This document shows positions 39,201 through 54,658 of a DNA stretch of 64,000 nt, one piece after another (position 1 is the stretch's first letter; each line of letters begins with the position of its first letter). The stretch is from Rhina ancylostomus (lineage: Eukaryota): positions 16,397,065 through 16,461,064 of the forward strand of contig JARFYF010000056.1 in the NCBI GenBank assembly GCA_030265395.1, read 5' to 3'. The translations under genes were made by a program, and so were the position numbers. A model generated the notes under the pieces. It was not told where the DNA came from and did not search any database. It worked only from the letters and a program-made list of their open reading frames with translations.

Positions 39201-42200
39201 GCTCACATCTTTCTTCTGCCTGCCTTTTATATTCACACAGCTCCTCCCAAACCTACCACCTTCTCCATCTAGTCCGACAAGGCCAGCAGCCACTTGGAAG
39301 CACCGTTACCTTCAGGTTGCCCTACAAGTCAGACCCCACCCTGACTCAGTCATGTATCACCAGCATTGGTTTAGAATCCTCAAACTCCCAACACAGCACC
39401 TTCACTACTTTAGGGCCCACCGCCAGCACCTCAAAGAGAAACTGCACATGAGCAACAAATGCCAATGTTTCATTTATCCTGAGAATGAACTTTTAAAAAA
39501 TCAACAATAACTTGCATTTTTTGCACTTAACACAGTTTGACTGACCAGTCATGTTAGTCAGTAAAGGATGGGATATGTTTCGATCAGTACCATTGAGGAA
39601 GTCTGGTACTTACTCAGATCTCCATATCCCAAATCCTGCTAAGTGCTTACTCATTTCCCACTGTCATCTGGACTTGGTTGGCGTTCTTGCCTTTGAGTCA
39701 GAGGGGTGTGAGCCCAAGTTCTGTTCCAGACACTTGAGGAAGAAAATTCACACTGACACTGTTTCAGATGAGGCTTAATTTAACCTCCCTCCCTTTGCTT
39801 TCAGGTGGACATATTTTGAAGAGCAGTAAGGTGTTCTGGCCAGTGTTTATATAGCATTGAACATCACAAAAACAATGGCCATTATCATATCGCTTTTGTG
39901 TGAGTCTCTAACATCAGCATAGTACTTCATTTGCTGTCGAGCACATTGAGATGTCCTGAGGTTGTGAAAAGTACTATGGAAATGCTACCCTTTCTTTTCC
40001 TTTCACTGTGCTGATATGTATATAACTTGCAAGCATTTGAATATTCTCTGCCAGTTCTGCTTTCGTCTAGCCCTCTGCCTGCAGCATTAGCTCCTTACAT
40101 TTCACAAAATCCATCACCTGTTACTTCATTTTAGATTTTGGACAAACATCTAGCCACATTTCTTACTTTCATAGATTAGTTTCTCTCAACCAGTGGGTTT
40201 GCGTCAGCATTTTCCCTACCTAGCAACAGATGTCAACATCATAGTCCTGTAGATTTTCTCCACAAATTCCTCTACCATCACTAAAAGAGATGAGCTGGCC
40301 ACTACCACATTGTTGTGTGAGAGATCTGGCTATGCATAGATTGGCTGCCTTGTCTCCCCCCCCCCCCATGATTTGGGTGAGTACTCTGTAAAGTGCTTTG
40401 GAACACATTGGTGAAAGATGGTTTATAAATGAGTTGAAAGTGAAATGTGTTTCTTTAAGAATCTTCTCATTGGCTTCTGGAGGTGGTACTGATGTTTGGC
40501 TCAGTGATCGCTCTTAAAGGTTGTCCCTGATAAGTTATAAAGTTCAGTGATGGAAGCTAATTGGCTAGGAAGCCTATAGTTATCTATGATTGGTTATGAA
40601 GCCCAGCAGTTGTCTCCAATTGGTTACAAAGCCCAGTGAGTTATTGGTTATGATGGTGGGATCCATGTAGTGGATTAAAAATGAGATGGAACTGGAAATA
40701 TTGAATTAGTTTCCACAAGATTGGTCAAATTGATTAAGTCCTTTTCATAATACAGAATAAATTAAATGGAGAGTTTATCAAAGCAGTAGAAAGTTTTTGT
40801 TAGGGGCTGAAGATAGGCTTTTATTTGATGAATACAGTTTGTTGGTGTAGGCTGTGTTTAAATAAGTTTCTACAATACAAATGATTGTTGTGTTTGTATT
40901 GCCTCTGTCTCATGTGTTCTCAGTGTCATGGATCAAATGCATAAATATTTAAATATCTTTTAAGGGTCACATGATAGCCTTGTGAGTAACTGGGGTTGGG
41001 AAGATTAACAGTTGATTAGAGAAGGAATATCTGATCTTTTGGTCAGGTAAATGCTCTACTGCCTAATAGTGGAGCAACAATGAAATATCTATTTGGGGCT
41101 TAGATGTTCAAGAGGGTCATGGGTGTTTAAAAATCATGATGGAGAAACTGGACCCCATTCCTGGCTGCTTTAAATTTTAAAATGCATGAACAAGGCTCCT
41201 GCAAAAGAAGAAGAGGGTCTAATTACTGGACCAAAGTCATGGTCAGACACTGTGTGCTATATGTCGGAGAGGCCTCTCGTAGGATTCTGAGTGGCTGATG
41301 CAACACAGAAACTGCAGCCTCCCTAGACCATTCTCTGTTTTTAGCATTTAATGGCCAGGGGGATGCATAGCACTCCCATTGCACCCCACGAAGATCTTTC
41401 TTTTTGTTTAATGAGAGAAATGGGAAGGGAAAAGAGAGTTGAAATTGTGACGGGGAAGGGAGATAGCAACATAAAGAGGGAGGGAAGGGGGTCAGCAGGA
41501 CATATTTCTATAGCTGTCAGGACAGAGTGACTCTTTCATTGTTGCTTCTCTTTTTCTCATCCTTGTTCCCAAGGCAGGTTTGTGTATCAATAATAATCCA
41601 ATTGTCATTCACAATCTGTCATTCAATTTTAAGACTCTTGAGTGTGAACCTTTCTTCTGCTATAATCCACCTGTAGTAACTTAGTAACACTGCGGAACTC
41701 AAGAACTCCATGAGCATGTAGCTTTAACTCTGCAAGACTATATAGACACATATACATGTTTCTGTGCAGCATTTGTTTTATTACATTAAAAGGATACCTA
41801 GCTGTGAAAGAGAAAAATAGGGCAGTTCATTCTAACGATGTCACTGCTCTCTCATGGCTAACTCTGAAACATAGATTGTGGGTTTAGTGGAAGAGTTGAG
41901 GGGGCGTTAACAGATGCTTGTCGTGCCAGAAACCACAGAAAATGATAAATATATTGTTTTCCATTCCTATTCAGAATACAGTTTGTATGCAGTTATAACT
42001 CTTCAGTTATTAATCATTTCCTGTGCTGTGTATGCATTTGACAACTGTGGTGTTTCTTAGGCTTGGAAACTGCACTGGCAATGGAGTTACAGACTGCCAA
42101 GAGGCCTCAGGAGCGCTATTTATACACACCCCTTACATCTGTTCCTTCATCATCAATTGTTCAGTGTTTGGCAGGTCCAATCCAGACAATCTTTTAACTG

Positions 42201-43239
42201 ATTTCAATTATTAATGTTAAAAATATGAAGGATTTAATCTTGTTGAAAAAAAATGTGGGAACAGTACACAGTATTGTCCAAAATGTCCTGCAACTTTTGG
42301 GCAGGAAGAAGTTCTCTGTGAATTGGGAGTCACCACATTGTTGTTCATTTGTGCTGTGTTATTCTTTCAACAACATAATAATGGTTGATGACTTCCAATC
42401 AACTCTACTTACCCAGAAAGCAAATAATTATAAGCGAGGAATTTTATTCCTTCAGGTAGTGAATTTTTGTGGATATTTTTCAAAAGGTAAAGTTTGTATT
42501 TTAAATTTTTTCCTTACTTGTCCTTTCTATCTTCTTCCTCTCTCTTAATCCCAGCTTCCTTTCTCACTCTGTTTTTATTTCTGATTTGGCATTGACTTTA
42601 TTCACTCCTTCTCAGTTCTTCCATTCTTAAATACTCAATTCTTAAATCTCACTGATTAAGAAAATAATTTGTTGGTTTTGTGATTCATCAAGGTCCCACA
42701 TGTCCTGTTGCATGTCCAACAGCCTTCTGGGCAATGTTTTTTCAAAATTAATTGTGCACAAACCAGATTAAGTAATGAGGCATACCACAAACAGCCTGCT
42801 CCAGCAAAATGTGGGCCATAACTTTGGAAGTGTACTCCATGGAATGTTAGGCTGAGAAATTTTCGCTGCACTCCAGTGGTACAGTTTGACAACTTAAATG
42901 AAGTGTGAATATAAGGTTGTTGACCATGGCTCAGTAGTAGCTGTCTTGCCTCTGTATCAGAAGGCTTTGGGTTCAAGTCCCACTTCAGGAGACCTAAGTC
43001 CCTGAATACAGTGAGGTAATGAAGGAGTGCTGCACTGTTGAATGTGCTGTCTTTTGGAAGGAACATTAAAAGATCTATCTTTCCCCACAGGCAGAAACAA
43101 ACCATCCAGCAAAAGAAAAGCACGATATCCTGCTAACACCATCATAACGTAGAAGCTAGTGGAGAAAGTAGGTAAGATAAAAATAGATGGTGGTTCTTGA
43201 ATGTTTGCCAATAGTCCAAGTGAAATAAGTCACACAAAT

Positions 43240-44390
43240 GCAATGCAGGACCAAATTAATTGGAAAAATATGAGTTAATAAATGAAGTCATGAATTTGTT
43301 AAATATAATGGTGTTTGACTGATCTAAATGAGTTCTTTGATGAAGTAACAAGGAAGATTGTGAGGGTGGTGCAGATAATGTTGTGCATACAGACTTTCAA
43401 GTACTAACAAAGTACAATGTAAAAAACATGATCGCAAAATTGAAGGAATTGTAACCATGTAGGTAAGGAAATTGGCTAAAGGCCAGAAGGCAGAGAATAT
43501 AGGTCATTTTGTTTTAAAAGAAGGGAATTGTGCAGTGCTGTTCCCTAAGGGTCAGCATTGGACTCGTGCTCTTTTTGATAATATAATAGTGACCTGTACA
43601 TATAAGGAATAGCTCAGATGACATAAAAGTTGGAATTGCCATTGAGGAAGACAAGGACACAATGCTGAAATGGACACATTGATAACAAACAACATTTGGC
43701 ATTTTGGGAGGAAATATGAAGAAAGGTAACAGAAACTAAATGATGTGGTTTTAATGGAGGTGCAGCAGAATAGGTGTACAGCAGAAACTTTTGAGAGTGG
43801 CATGAGTTGAATGGTTTATTAAAAAGGCAAATATAATCCTTGATGTTATAAATAAAGTACAAGAACAGGCAAGCTATATTAGCCCTTTAATGACATGCTG
43901 ATTGGACCCCAGCTGAAGTTTTGTGACTAATGTAGGCACCACACTTTTGGATGAATGTTAAGGCCTTAGAGAGGATTATTGAATAGCGAGGACAGACAGG
44001 AAGAGCTGAATCATTTTCCTTATATCTAGATAGGTTACGGGAAGATTTGATGGATATATTCAAAAATTATGAGGGGTTTGAAATAAGACCACAGGCAGAA
44101 GTGCTGGTTGCTAGAGGACACAGATTTGTTAATTGACCAAAGAGCCAGAGCAAACAAAAGGACAGCATTTTTATATCTTGGATTATTTTGATCGAGAATG
44201 AACTGCTGGAAAGGCAGGTGGACATAGATTCAACAATAATTTTCAGAGGACAGAGGACAACAGGATAAATAGTTGAAGAAAGACATTTTCAGAGAGATGG
44301 GAGAAATGCAGGGTGGATTAATCAGAGCTTTTTCAGACAACTGGCATGGGCAAGTGGTCCAAAGGGCCTCCTTCTCTGCTGCATCATTTT
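43240..44390 (+). mobile_element. Old CR1 LINE (RT to 3' end)
   Basis: gagttctttgatgaagtaac (EFFDEV), gttccctaagggtcagcattgg (VPxGS), taggttacgggaagatttgatgga; tail aagggcctccttctctgctg. Confidence 0.6.
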
Positions 44391-47300
44391 ATTAAAGGTG
44401 TTATATAAATGCAAGTTTTTCCCTATCTTTTCTGTCGTAATTCATCAACATGTAACTTAAGTAGAAAGTGGTGTTGTGAATCAGCCACTCATTATATTCC
44501 CAAGGAAGTTAAAGTCAGGCTGCCACAGGCACATGATTTGATCAAGTACTTAATATGTGAAAAGGATTAGATAGAGTTTTGGGGTAACTATACCCTTTGA
44601 TCAGGGACATACCCTAAAATTAGAGCTGGCTTTTTAGCAGTGAAATTAGGAAGCACTATACGTGCTGGAAATCATGAACTTGGTCTTTCTCCAAATGCCT
44701 GTAAACATCAAACAATAATTGGAACCTCCAGGTCCGAAATCAATTGAAATTTGTTAGGTAAGGAGTATTAAGAAATATGGATCAAAACCAGGTAAATCCG
44801 TGCAGGTAAACCACAATCTACAGCCATTTGGCAAGTGTATGCTCCATTCTGGTGTCCTCCCATCTTGCATAATCTAATCCCATCAGCATCCTTTCCTGTT
44901 CCCTTCACCCGCAAGTATTTAAATATATCTTTGCTATTTGCTTCAGTCACTCTATATAGTAAACAGAGAAACCACAGAACAAGTTTGAGGGACTGAGTGG
45001 TCTACTCTTAGTCCCATTACAGACATTACTATTCCCTAAGTAACAATTTGAACAACTTTCTCTCCATCTTTCTTAGACTTATTTACAAAGATGATTTCTA
45101 CTCCTGCAGGAGAATAAACACAGGTTCAGTGGCCCAGCCTTAAACATGAATTGCACAAAAGAATTGAAAACCTATGTATCTTTGCATTACCTCTCTACCT
45201 ACATAGGTCCTATCTATAATTTGGTTGCACTAATCCATAGTTTGCCAGTTCTCCAGGATGGTCCCATTCTCTAGAAACTCAACAATAATTTTCAGAGCAA
45301 CCCCATGGTAAAATTATTGGGCTAATAAACTATTTCCTTCAAACATTTTGTCTATTCATTCTAAAGATGTTTGAGTTGGCTAAGGAAAATTGGTGGTGTG
45401 GGAAGCCTACATCACAAGGATGGGTAATCACTGGCTGTGAGCCTTGGGGGTGGGGGGGGGGGAGGGAATCAGTTGGAGGGAAGAGGTCATATGATGAAAT
45501 GAAGCCTTCAGAATTACACCCAATTTGATTTTACAACACTAGCTAATGCCTTTAAGGAAATATAACTACTACAGAAATTTTGGGCTGGTTTATTGGTGTA
45601 ATACCAACTGTCACCAGTTTTGTTGTCAGTAGTTAGATGGTATACTGTTATGATTTTGGACTAGTAATCCAAAGAGCCAATTTAATAATCCAGAATGACA
45701 TGAGTTCATCTTGCATCATTAGTATTAGTAAAAATAGCCATGAAGCTGTGGCAGATTGTAGTAAAAACCCAAGTAATTCACTAACATCCCTTAATATTAG
45801 GAGACCAGTCATGGCAACTGCAAGACAGGTAGTTTGATGAACCATTCAGGTATACCTGTCAACCAAAGCTAGCAAATTAAGATTTATATGGAGCCATTTG
45901 GCTGGAATCCCAGATACAAACATTGGTCTTCATCTCCAGGTCCCATTGGTGAAGCAGCCTGACTGGTCAATCAGTAGAAAAACACTGGCTCTCCTTCTAT
46001 TAGTTCTGGGTGCTTTGTCTCAGGAACCTTGATCTGTGTGACGTACAAAAACTGATGGACACTAAGACAAATGGCCTGTTTCTGGCTGCAGCTCTTATGT
46101 AATACTATGTACTCTGTGTGTTCACCCACCCACTGCAGCAATTATTCCTTTGTGCCCCATGACACCAAAAGCAGAATTTAAAAAGAGATGTCCGAAAACT
46201 GCTTTAGCTATTCCCAATTACTTCCATCTATACTATTAAAAGTAACTCTGGACTCTATTCTCACTACTCCTTGATGAATACCTACTCAATATACACAAGG
46301 TTTAAATAAGGTTTCAGGCTAAACCAGGTTTCAGTATGCAGAGATCGTTTAATGATTTTCAAACAGGTTTCCCAGATTAGAACAATTGAAATTGCTCGCA
46401 TTGAAGTTGGGAGCTCAGCAGGAAAAGTGAACTCCTTCAGCAAAGGAAGGTTCAAGATCTTTACAGGAATATAATTTACAAGCTATTCCCAAGCCTGTGT
46501 TAAAAGAACAACAGAAATTGCCTGTTCACCAAGGAAACTTTTGCATTGTTCAAAGATCATGTCTGATCTCCACCTCATTCCCTGTCTTGGTTCCATAATC
46601 CTCACATTCTTACCACATCCCATACCAATAACAACAACAACAACAAAAATCCATCAAACTCAATTCCAACACTTCCAGTTGGCCCTGAGTCTCAACAACT
46701 TTTTTGTTGGTCCTTTCTCCATGTTTCTTTTATCCTTTGTGTGAAATTGCACTTCCTGACATCTTCTCAAAACAGCCTAGTTCTAATTTCAAGGGAACAT
46801 TTCTAGAGCTGCTTTCACGGTTCTGCAAAATACTCGACAGCCAATGGAACTGTTCTGTAGGACTATAATATAAGTAATGTAACATGTAATTTCTACAGAG
46901 CAAAACCCACATACAGAAGGTCATAAACTCCAAATGACCTGTCTTAGAAATGGTTGATGGAGAGATAAATATTGACCAAGGTATCACCTCTCGGCTCTTC
47001 TTTAATTAGTGCCTTGCAATCATTTGCTTCCAAAGAAAGCAGGTGAGACCTTAGTTAGATGAAAGAAACCAACTCCAACAGGGGAGTATTCCTTCGGTGC
47101 TGCCCGGGAGAAACAATCTGGACATTTGCGCATGGATCCTATGGTGCAGGGACCATTTTCATAGTGGGAGTGGTAAAAAATCATCTAACATAATTCTAAA
47201 CCAGCAAACACTTCATACCTTTGGGTGCTACAGGGCCTACCACACATCTGGTTCTCACATTCGTGCTAGTGTGTGACTTTCTGAGTCAGTGGCAAGGGAG

Positions 47301-48379
47301 TGATTAACTAAGCTACCGGTGACAATTCCATCCCCCTTATTCTGGGTTCTCCCACCAGAAGAAATAGTTAAAAAGTAGAATAACTAAAGTAGTTAAATAG
47401 TTAAAAGGAATCTTAAATACTTTGATCAGTTCACCCCTTAAACTTCTCTTTCTGAGGATCTGGAAGCCATGTCAAGGATTAGAAATTTTTTAATACTCAA
47501 GTAGCATTTAAAAGTATGTATCTGTGTCCAATTTTACAAACTAAAGATTAATCTATAGATATGACTCAGTGACTACAATTAAAAAGCACATTTTTACAAT
47601 CAACTGTTTCCTGTGTCAATGCTTTGGGGCATTTCGAGATTATAATATGAACACTGCAAATAAAGACTTTTCTCTTATCAAACATAAATACTAGATTAAC
47701 ATGGTATATTAATCTGGTTCACTCTAGCTTTAAGCTGCAATCTACTGCTCAGTCACAAAGATTTCATTTCTCTTTTCCACCGAATGCAGTGACAGCAGGT
47801 CTATTAAAAGACACTTGCACTCTGTTTCATATCAGGTTGCATCAACTTGTTTACAAGGCAGTCCAGCTGGTAACAATCTTAGGTTTTCAATATTATTCCC
47901 ATTTGTCATGTAATGTTTTGGGAGCTCAACTGAAAGAAAATGTGACCAGTTAAATTTGGTCAGTCAAGATTTGGACCAGGTGCCCTCAGTGGGGGGAGCA
48001 GCCTTTAACCTAACCAGCTCTAGATTAGAGAGAGATGGAAACAGGTTGTCAACAGGGCAATCAATAAATAGCATCAGGAATGCAGATTAAACGTAGGTCA
48101 TTAGGTTTCTAAGTAGTAAATGCTTCACAAAAGCAAAACTGAGCAAGATAAAAAATCCATTCATATAATCTTACAGTGAAGAAATAGATCATTCAAACAG
48201 GCTAGAGTCAGTGCTCTGAAAGAGCTTTTCCTCTTTCACAGGAGTGTTGTTAAATGTATCACTATCAAATATTTATTCATTCTCCTTTTTGTGAGTAATT
48301 ACTGAATCTACTTGCTCAAACTTTGGGTGGAGCAATCCAGACCACAACGATTTGATGCCTCAAGTTATCTCTTCTTTAA

Positions 48380-49470
48380 CTCTCGTGGGGTTGTTCTCTG
48401 CTTCCGGTGCCAGTGGCAGTTATTACTCCTGGTTTGGGTCTCAGTTCCTGCTCTCAATGTTAATTTCTACTCCCAGTATCAATTACTGCTCCCACTGTCA
48501 GTGGGGTTTACTACTACTATATTTAGTTGCTGCTACCAGTGTCATGTATTGTTCCCAGTATTGGTGTCAGCTACTGCTCTGGGTACCAGTTCCTGATCCT
48601 GGTGCCAAGTACTAATCATATAGTTACCTATTGCTACTGTCATCGGTTATTGTTCCAGGTATCAATGTCAGTTCCTGCTTCCAGTATTTGTGACTACTTC
48701 TATTGATTACTGCTGCTGAATTGGTATCAGTCGGAACTCGCTCAATCAGTTACTGCTCCCAGAGTCAGCTAATGCTCCAGGTGAGAGTTACTGTACCTGG
48801 AGCTGATGTCAGTTGCTATACCTGATGCTGGTTACTGCTCCTGGTGTCAGATCCTGCTCCCAGTACCATTTATGCTCTTCCATTATTTCCTGCTGCCATA
48901 GTTAGTTACTGCTACCAGTATCAGTTATTGTTGGTTATTGCTCCCAGTGTTAGTGTCCCTTACTTCTCCTAGTGTTGGTATTAGTTACTATTCCTGATAT
49001 CAGCAACTTATACCAGTATTGGTTACTGTTCCCAGTATCAACGACTGCTCCTATAGTTAGTTACTGCTATCAGTGTCAGTTACTGTTCCAGGTATTGGTT
49101 ACTGTTCCTGTGTTGGTGCCCACGCAGGAGGAGTGTAAATGGGTGGTTGGCAGAAGGGCCTGGTTCCCTGTTGCATCAATCTACAAGTTACTACTTCCAG
49201 TCATAGTTACTGTTTCCACTGTCAGTTTCCAATCCCAGTATCAATTACTGTCCACAATGTCAGTTGCTGCTCCCAGTGTCAGTTACCACTCGCTGTCAGT
49301 TACTATTCGCAGTATCAATTACTGCTCCCACTGTCATTGTTCTCATTGTCAGTGACTGGTCTTGTTCTGATGTCAGTAACAGCTCCTGCTGTCAGTTACT
49401 ACTACTGGTGTCACTGTCAGTTAGTGCTCCTGGTGTTGGTGTCAGTACCTGCCCCACATCAATGTCAGTT
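48380..49470. repeat. Degenerate 19-bp minisatellite (cagttactgctcccagtgt)
   Basis: Units such as cagttgctgctcccagtgt, cagttactattcgcagtat, caattactgctcccactgt over ~1.1 kb. Confidence 0.8.
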
Positions 49471-49489
49471 CTCATATTTCTTATAATTT

Positions 49490-49880
49490 AAGAGACTGTT
49501 TAGCCCTTCAAGTCTATGCAACTATTGGTGTATCCCAGTAGTCTCATTCCCCCAGTTATTTAATGTCACATGCCCATCAACTCCACCTTAATTCCCCTTC
49601 CATCTACACTAGGGTTAATTTATGGTGGCCTTTTACCCTCCAAACCTGCACCCATTTACATCAATTCCACACTAACCCCAACATTCCTATCACCTCGCCC
49701 CAGATCCCACTACTCATCTATGCACCAGCGGCAATTTATGATGGCCAATTAATCATCCAATTCATGTGCCTTTGGAAACTGGAGTACCTTGAGGTCATAC
49801 GGAGAACATATCAAACTCTACACAGACAGCACTGGAGGTCAGTATGTGAGACAGCAACACTGTGCCGTTGTGCCACCCAT
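49490..49880 (-). mobile_element. V-SINE/HE1-like SINE
   Basis: caaactctacacagacagcactggaggtcag is the reverse complement of the V-domain; similar minus copies near 22570-22680 and 37060-37350. Confidence 0.55.
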
Positions 49881-51316
49881 TGGGAGTTACAGCTCCCAGG
49901 ATCAGTAGTCCACAATATCTCTGTGTCAGGTATTCAGATATAGGCAACTGCTCCAATACTGAGCCTTCAACTTACCTCAGCACCATTCTCTTCATTGCAT
50001 CAATTGTAGCTGCACAGAAAAAAAACTACCAGAAAGTCACATGGGCTACTTTCATCTGTGGATCCATACTGGGTTTAAGTCTCCCTCCAGGTACTCAAGG
50101 ACTCCAAGACAATGCTCCGTGTTGTCCTAAGGGAGGATAGCCCAGTAAGAAGGCTCTTCTCATGCTGTGATGTTAAGCTGATTTCTTAACTGTCTTTTTG
50201 GATGACTGTAAGTTCACAGAGTCAATGTTTTGAAGAGCAGTGGATTTCTCCCTAGTGTCTTCATTCCTGGAATTCCCTCCTGGAGTCTCTCCATGTCACT
50301 GCCTCTCCATCTTTCTTTAAGGCACTCCTTAAAACCTGACTCCTTGACCAATTTTTTGGGCACTTGCCCTAATATTCCATTCTGTTGCTCAGTGTCAAGC
50401 CTTCCTCTGATGCACCTTGGTATTGTTAACAATGCTTTATGGGTGGACGTGTCAGTGTTGTTACATTTTGACCAACCTCCAGATTGGACTGTAGTAGAAA
50501 TGTTCCAGCTTCATGAACCAATAGGGATGTACTACAAGGTATCAGGGAGAGAATAAAGTGCCCAATTGCGCATAATTCACTTTGTTGTTACTGACAGATC
50601 TCAATGCTCTGATTTAGGGATTCATCAACCAATAAGGCAACCACACTGAGAAAAGATCTTTCCAGACTCCCAAGCCCATAATATTGAAAGTGTAATATCA
50701 AATAATTATAGTCACAGAAAGCACACCAGAGTTGCCAGCTTTGGGACTTTCATCGCATGGCATTGCATGGCAAACATTCTTTCACCTCTCTAACATGTTA
50801 TCTAAATTCCCCATGATTTTCCTCCCTGTATTCTGCTCACATTGGTAGCCGGGGGATTAGTCTGCAGTTCCGGGTGAATCCAAGGCAGTCCTGCAAGGTT
50901 GGGAATCCTGCTGAATAAAATCTCCAGATGTTGGGAAGGACTCGGGGTGGGGGGGGGGGGTGNNNNNNNNNNNNNNNNNNNNNNNNNNNNNNNNNNNNNN
51001 NNNNNNNNNNNNNNNNNNNNNNNNNNNNNNNNNNNNNNNNNNNNNNNNNNNNNNNNNNNNNNGGGCCAGTGTTTAGGGAGGGCCTGTGGACTGGAGTTTG
51101 CACACACCATCATTACAGAGAAGCATAAGCAAATATCATGAACAAAACTTCCAACATAAATTCCAAGACCAGAACCTGTCGTTATCTTACAGAGTGATCA
51201 CTGACCCAATTCCCTTTGCATTTTGCCCTTCTCATGGCAAAAGTGCTTAGTTGATTTTCAGTGCCATCTGTTGCAATTCAAACCAAAATAAATCTTGTAA
51301 GTGGTTGAGAAATTCA

Positions 51317-52210
<894 letters not shown>

Positions 52211-54605
52211 ATTTAACCTGGGTAGTTAAGTGACACAGACATAAATTTAAACAAAGTACAGTGCAAGGTCATCATATGGTGTTTAGAGTTGCCAGCCCTC
52301 CAACATTTTCTGGACTGTTCAGGAACTAAACATCACACCACCACAGCATCAACCCAGGAGAACACTCATAAAGCCACTGCGTTTTCTACATTACAGCAGT
52401 TACTGCATTCCAAAAGTTGATGTCACAGTGCTCTGGAAAATCCGAGGCCCACCTTTTTAACCTACCCTTACATTTCTGGGATGAAGCAAGGTACCACCCT
52501 CCCCGAGGATGTTAAGCATCAATCACTTGGTTAAACTGTCGTCATTTGTCCAGAAAGGCAAACAAGTTTTCCACCTCTGAGGAGCATTTTTAATCATTTG
52601 AGTTCTTACAAAACTTTTTCAACACATACTCACAAATTAGCAAGTTTGTTAAATTGTTTCAGAATCTGTCACGGTGCAACAAGACATTAACTCAAGGCTT
52701 TGTTTGGATGATTTGTGTTCAGCTGGAAGTAGAAGATCCTTTGGGATCATTCACAGAAAGAGCAACAAATTTTCTCAAAGTCTGGATCAACATTCCTCAC
52801 TCAACAACACCACCAAAAACCCAATTACATGACATTCATCTCATTTGTCACTGGTGGGACCTGGATGTGTACAAATGAATTGCCACGTTCACTGACATTA
52901 TCTCAAAAAGTGCTTTAGTTTGGGATTTCCTGAGAATGCAGCCGACAGGGCAACAATGAATTCCTTATAAAATCTTTCTGCCCTCAATCAGGAACCCTCT
53001 TGTGAGACGGTTGGGATCACTCTCCCCACAAAAAGCTGCAGATGCTGGAGGATGAGTGAACATTTCAAACTGAGATACATTTTTGACGGGTTTAGGTATT
53101 TAGAGATATAGAACCAAGGTGGATAAACAGAGTTAAGGTACCGATCTAATTGGATGGTGGAACGAACTCAAGAGGCTCAAGGGCTTGCTCTTATTCCTCG
53201 TAAAATGGATGTCTTAATTTCTGTGCACACACAAAAGCAACATCAGATTTGCTTTTACCTTCTGATTTAACTGTGGGAAATGCCATCACATAGTGCAATG
53301 CATAATATGGAACTTTAACTATGTGCTCCTCCAGCCTATCCATGAGCTGAAATGGATAGAATATTGCCAGCTAGTAAGAACAGAGGTGGAATTTCTGCCT
53401 GTAGATTTAAGAACCTGGGTGGTCACCACTGAATCGGGTTAAAATGCAATACCGTAATGCTCAGTGTGAAACGCATGCCTCAATTTTACATTGGTGTTTA
53501 TTGTTTAAGAATGTCCAATAGATCATGTTGCTTTGTAAATAATATCCCAAATGGTAGGGCAGATATGTGACTGGATCCTACTGTAATTTTTGATGTCTTT
53601 TCTGGAAATAAGCAACACAATAAGAAATCCTGAGATATTCTCAACTGAATGATGAAGTTTTTGGCAGATGTTAAATATTAAGAATATAAAAAATAGAATC
53701 AGGAGTAAGCATGTTATCGCTCAGACTGGCTTTGCTGTTCAATAAGGTCATGGCTAATCTTATACCTAAACTCCNNNNNNNNNNNNNNNNNNNNNNNNNN
53801 NNNNNNNNNNNNNNNNNNNNNNNNNNNNNNNNNNNNNNNNNNNNATACCCTGAGAGGGAGTGTACTCAGCTTTCTGGGGTATGGACTTCCGGAGATCCGC
53901 AACTGTCTGAGAGAAGAAATTTTTCCACAGCTCATTTCTAAATGGTTGACCCTTTATATCCAACAAAGTATGCAAGAATTTACCCAAAGCAGGGTTGTGA
54001 TTGATTTATCATCTTATCTGCCGCATTGACATCACAAGGTAGATAATTGATTTACTATTCATTGATGAGTATAAGGATTTTGGATTAGACTGACATGGAA
54101 ACAGTCATATTTCTATTTGATTTCTTCTGGCAGATGATCCACATTGCCAGCTGGCGGCAAATCAGAAATCTAACCCACAGCGTCAGGGTACTTAGGTAGA
54201 CATCTGGTCATCAGTGGAATACAAAATGGGCTTAAATTCAAAAAGTCTTAGAGGCCCCCAACCCCTAATCTTGAGCCCATAATTCAAACTCACCCCGGTG
54301 CAGTGCTGTCTGAAATGCTGTCCTGATAAAACATCAAGCTGTATCTGTTCTCTCAGGTGCATATAAAAGATTTCATACTATGTTGAAGGGAGCAGGAGCA
54401 GGATAAATATCCCCAGTCTCCTAAACAACAAGCAAAAAAAAAGTGATTTAATCATATTCTGATCAATATCATATTACATTTTGTGGAGCTTGCTGTGCAC
54501 AATTTGGCTGCTGGAGTTCTTATCTTACATCAATAATTGCAATTCACATGTATATTTTGGTTTTAAGTTGCATTGGTACATCATAAGGTTGTGAAAGGGT
54601 TGTGA

Positions 54606-54607
<2 letters not shown>

Positions 54608-54657
<50 letters not shown>
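54608..54657. repeat. (GT)n microsatellite, ~25 units
   Basis: Uninterrupted gtgtgt run. Confidence 0.95.
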
Positions 54658-54658
<1 letters not shown>

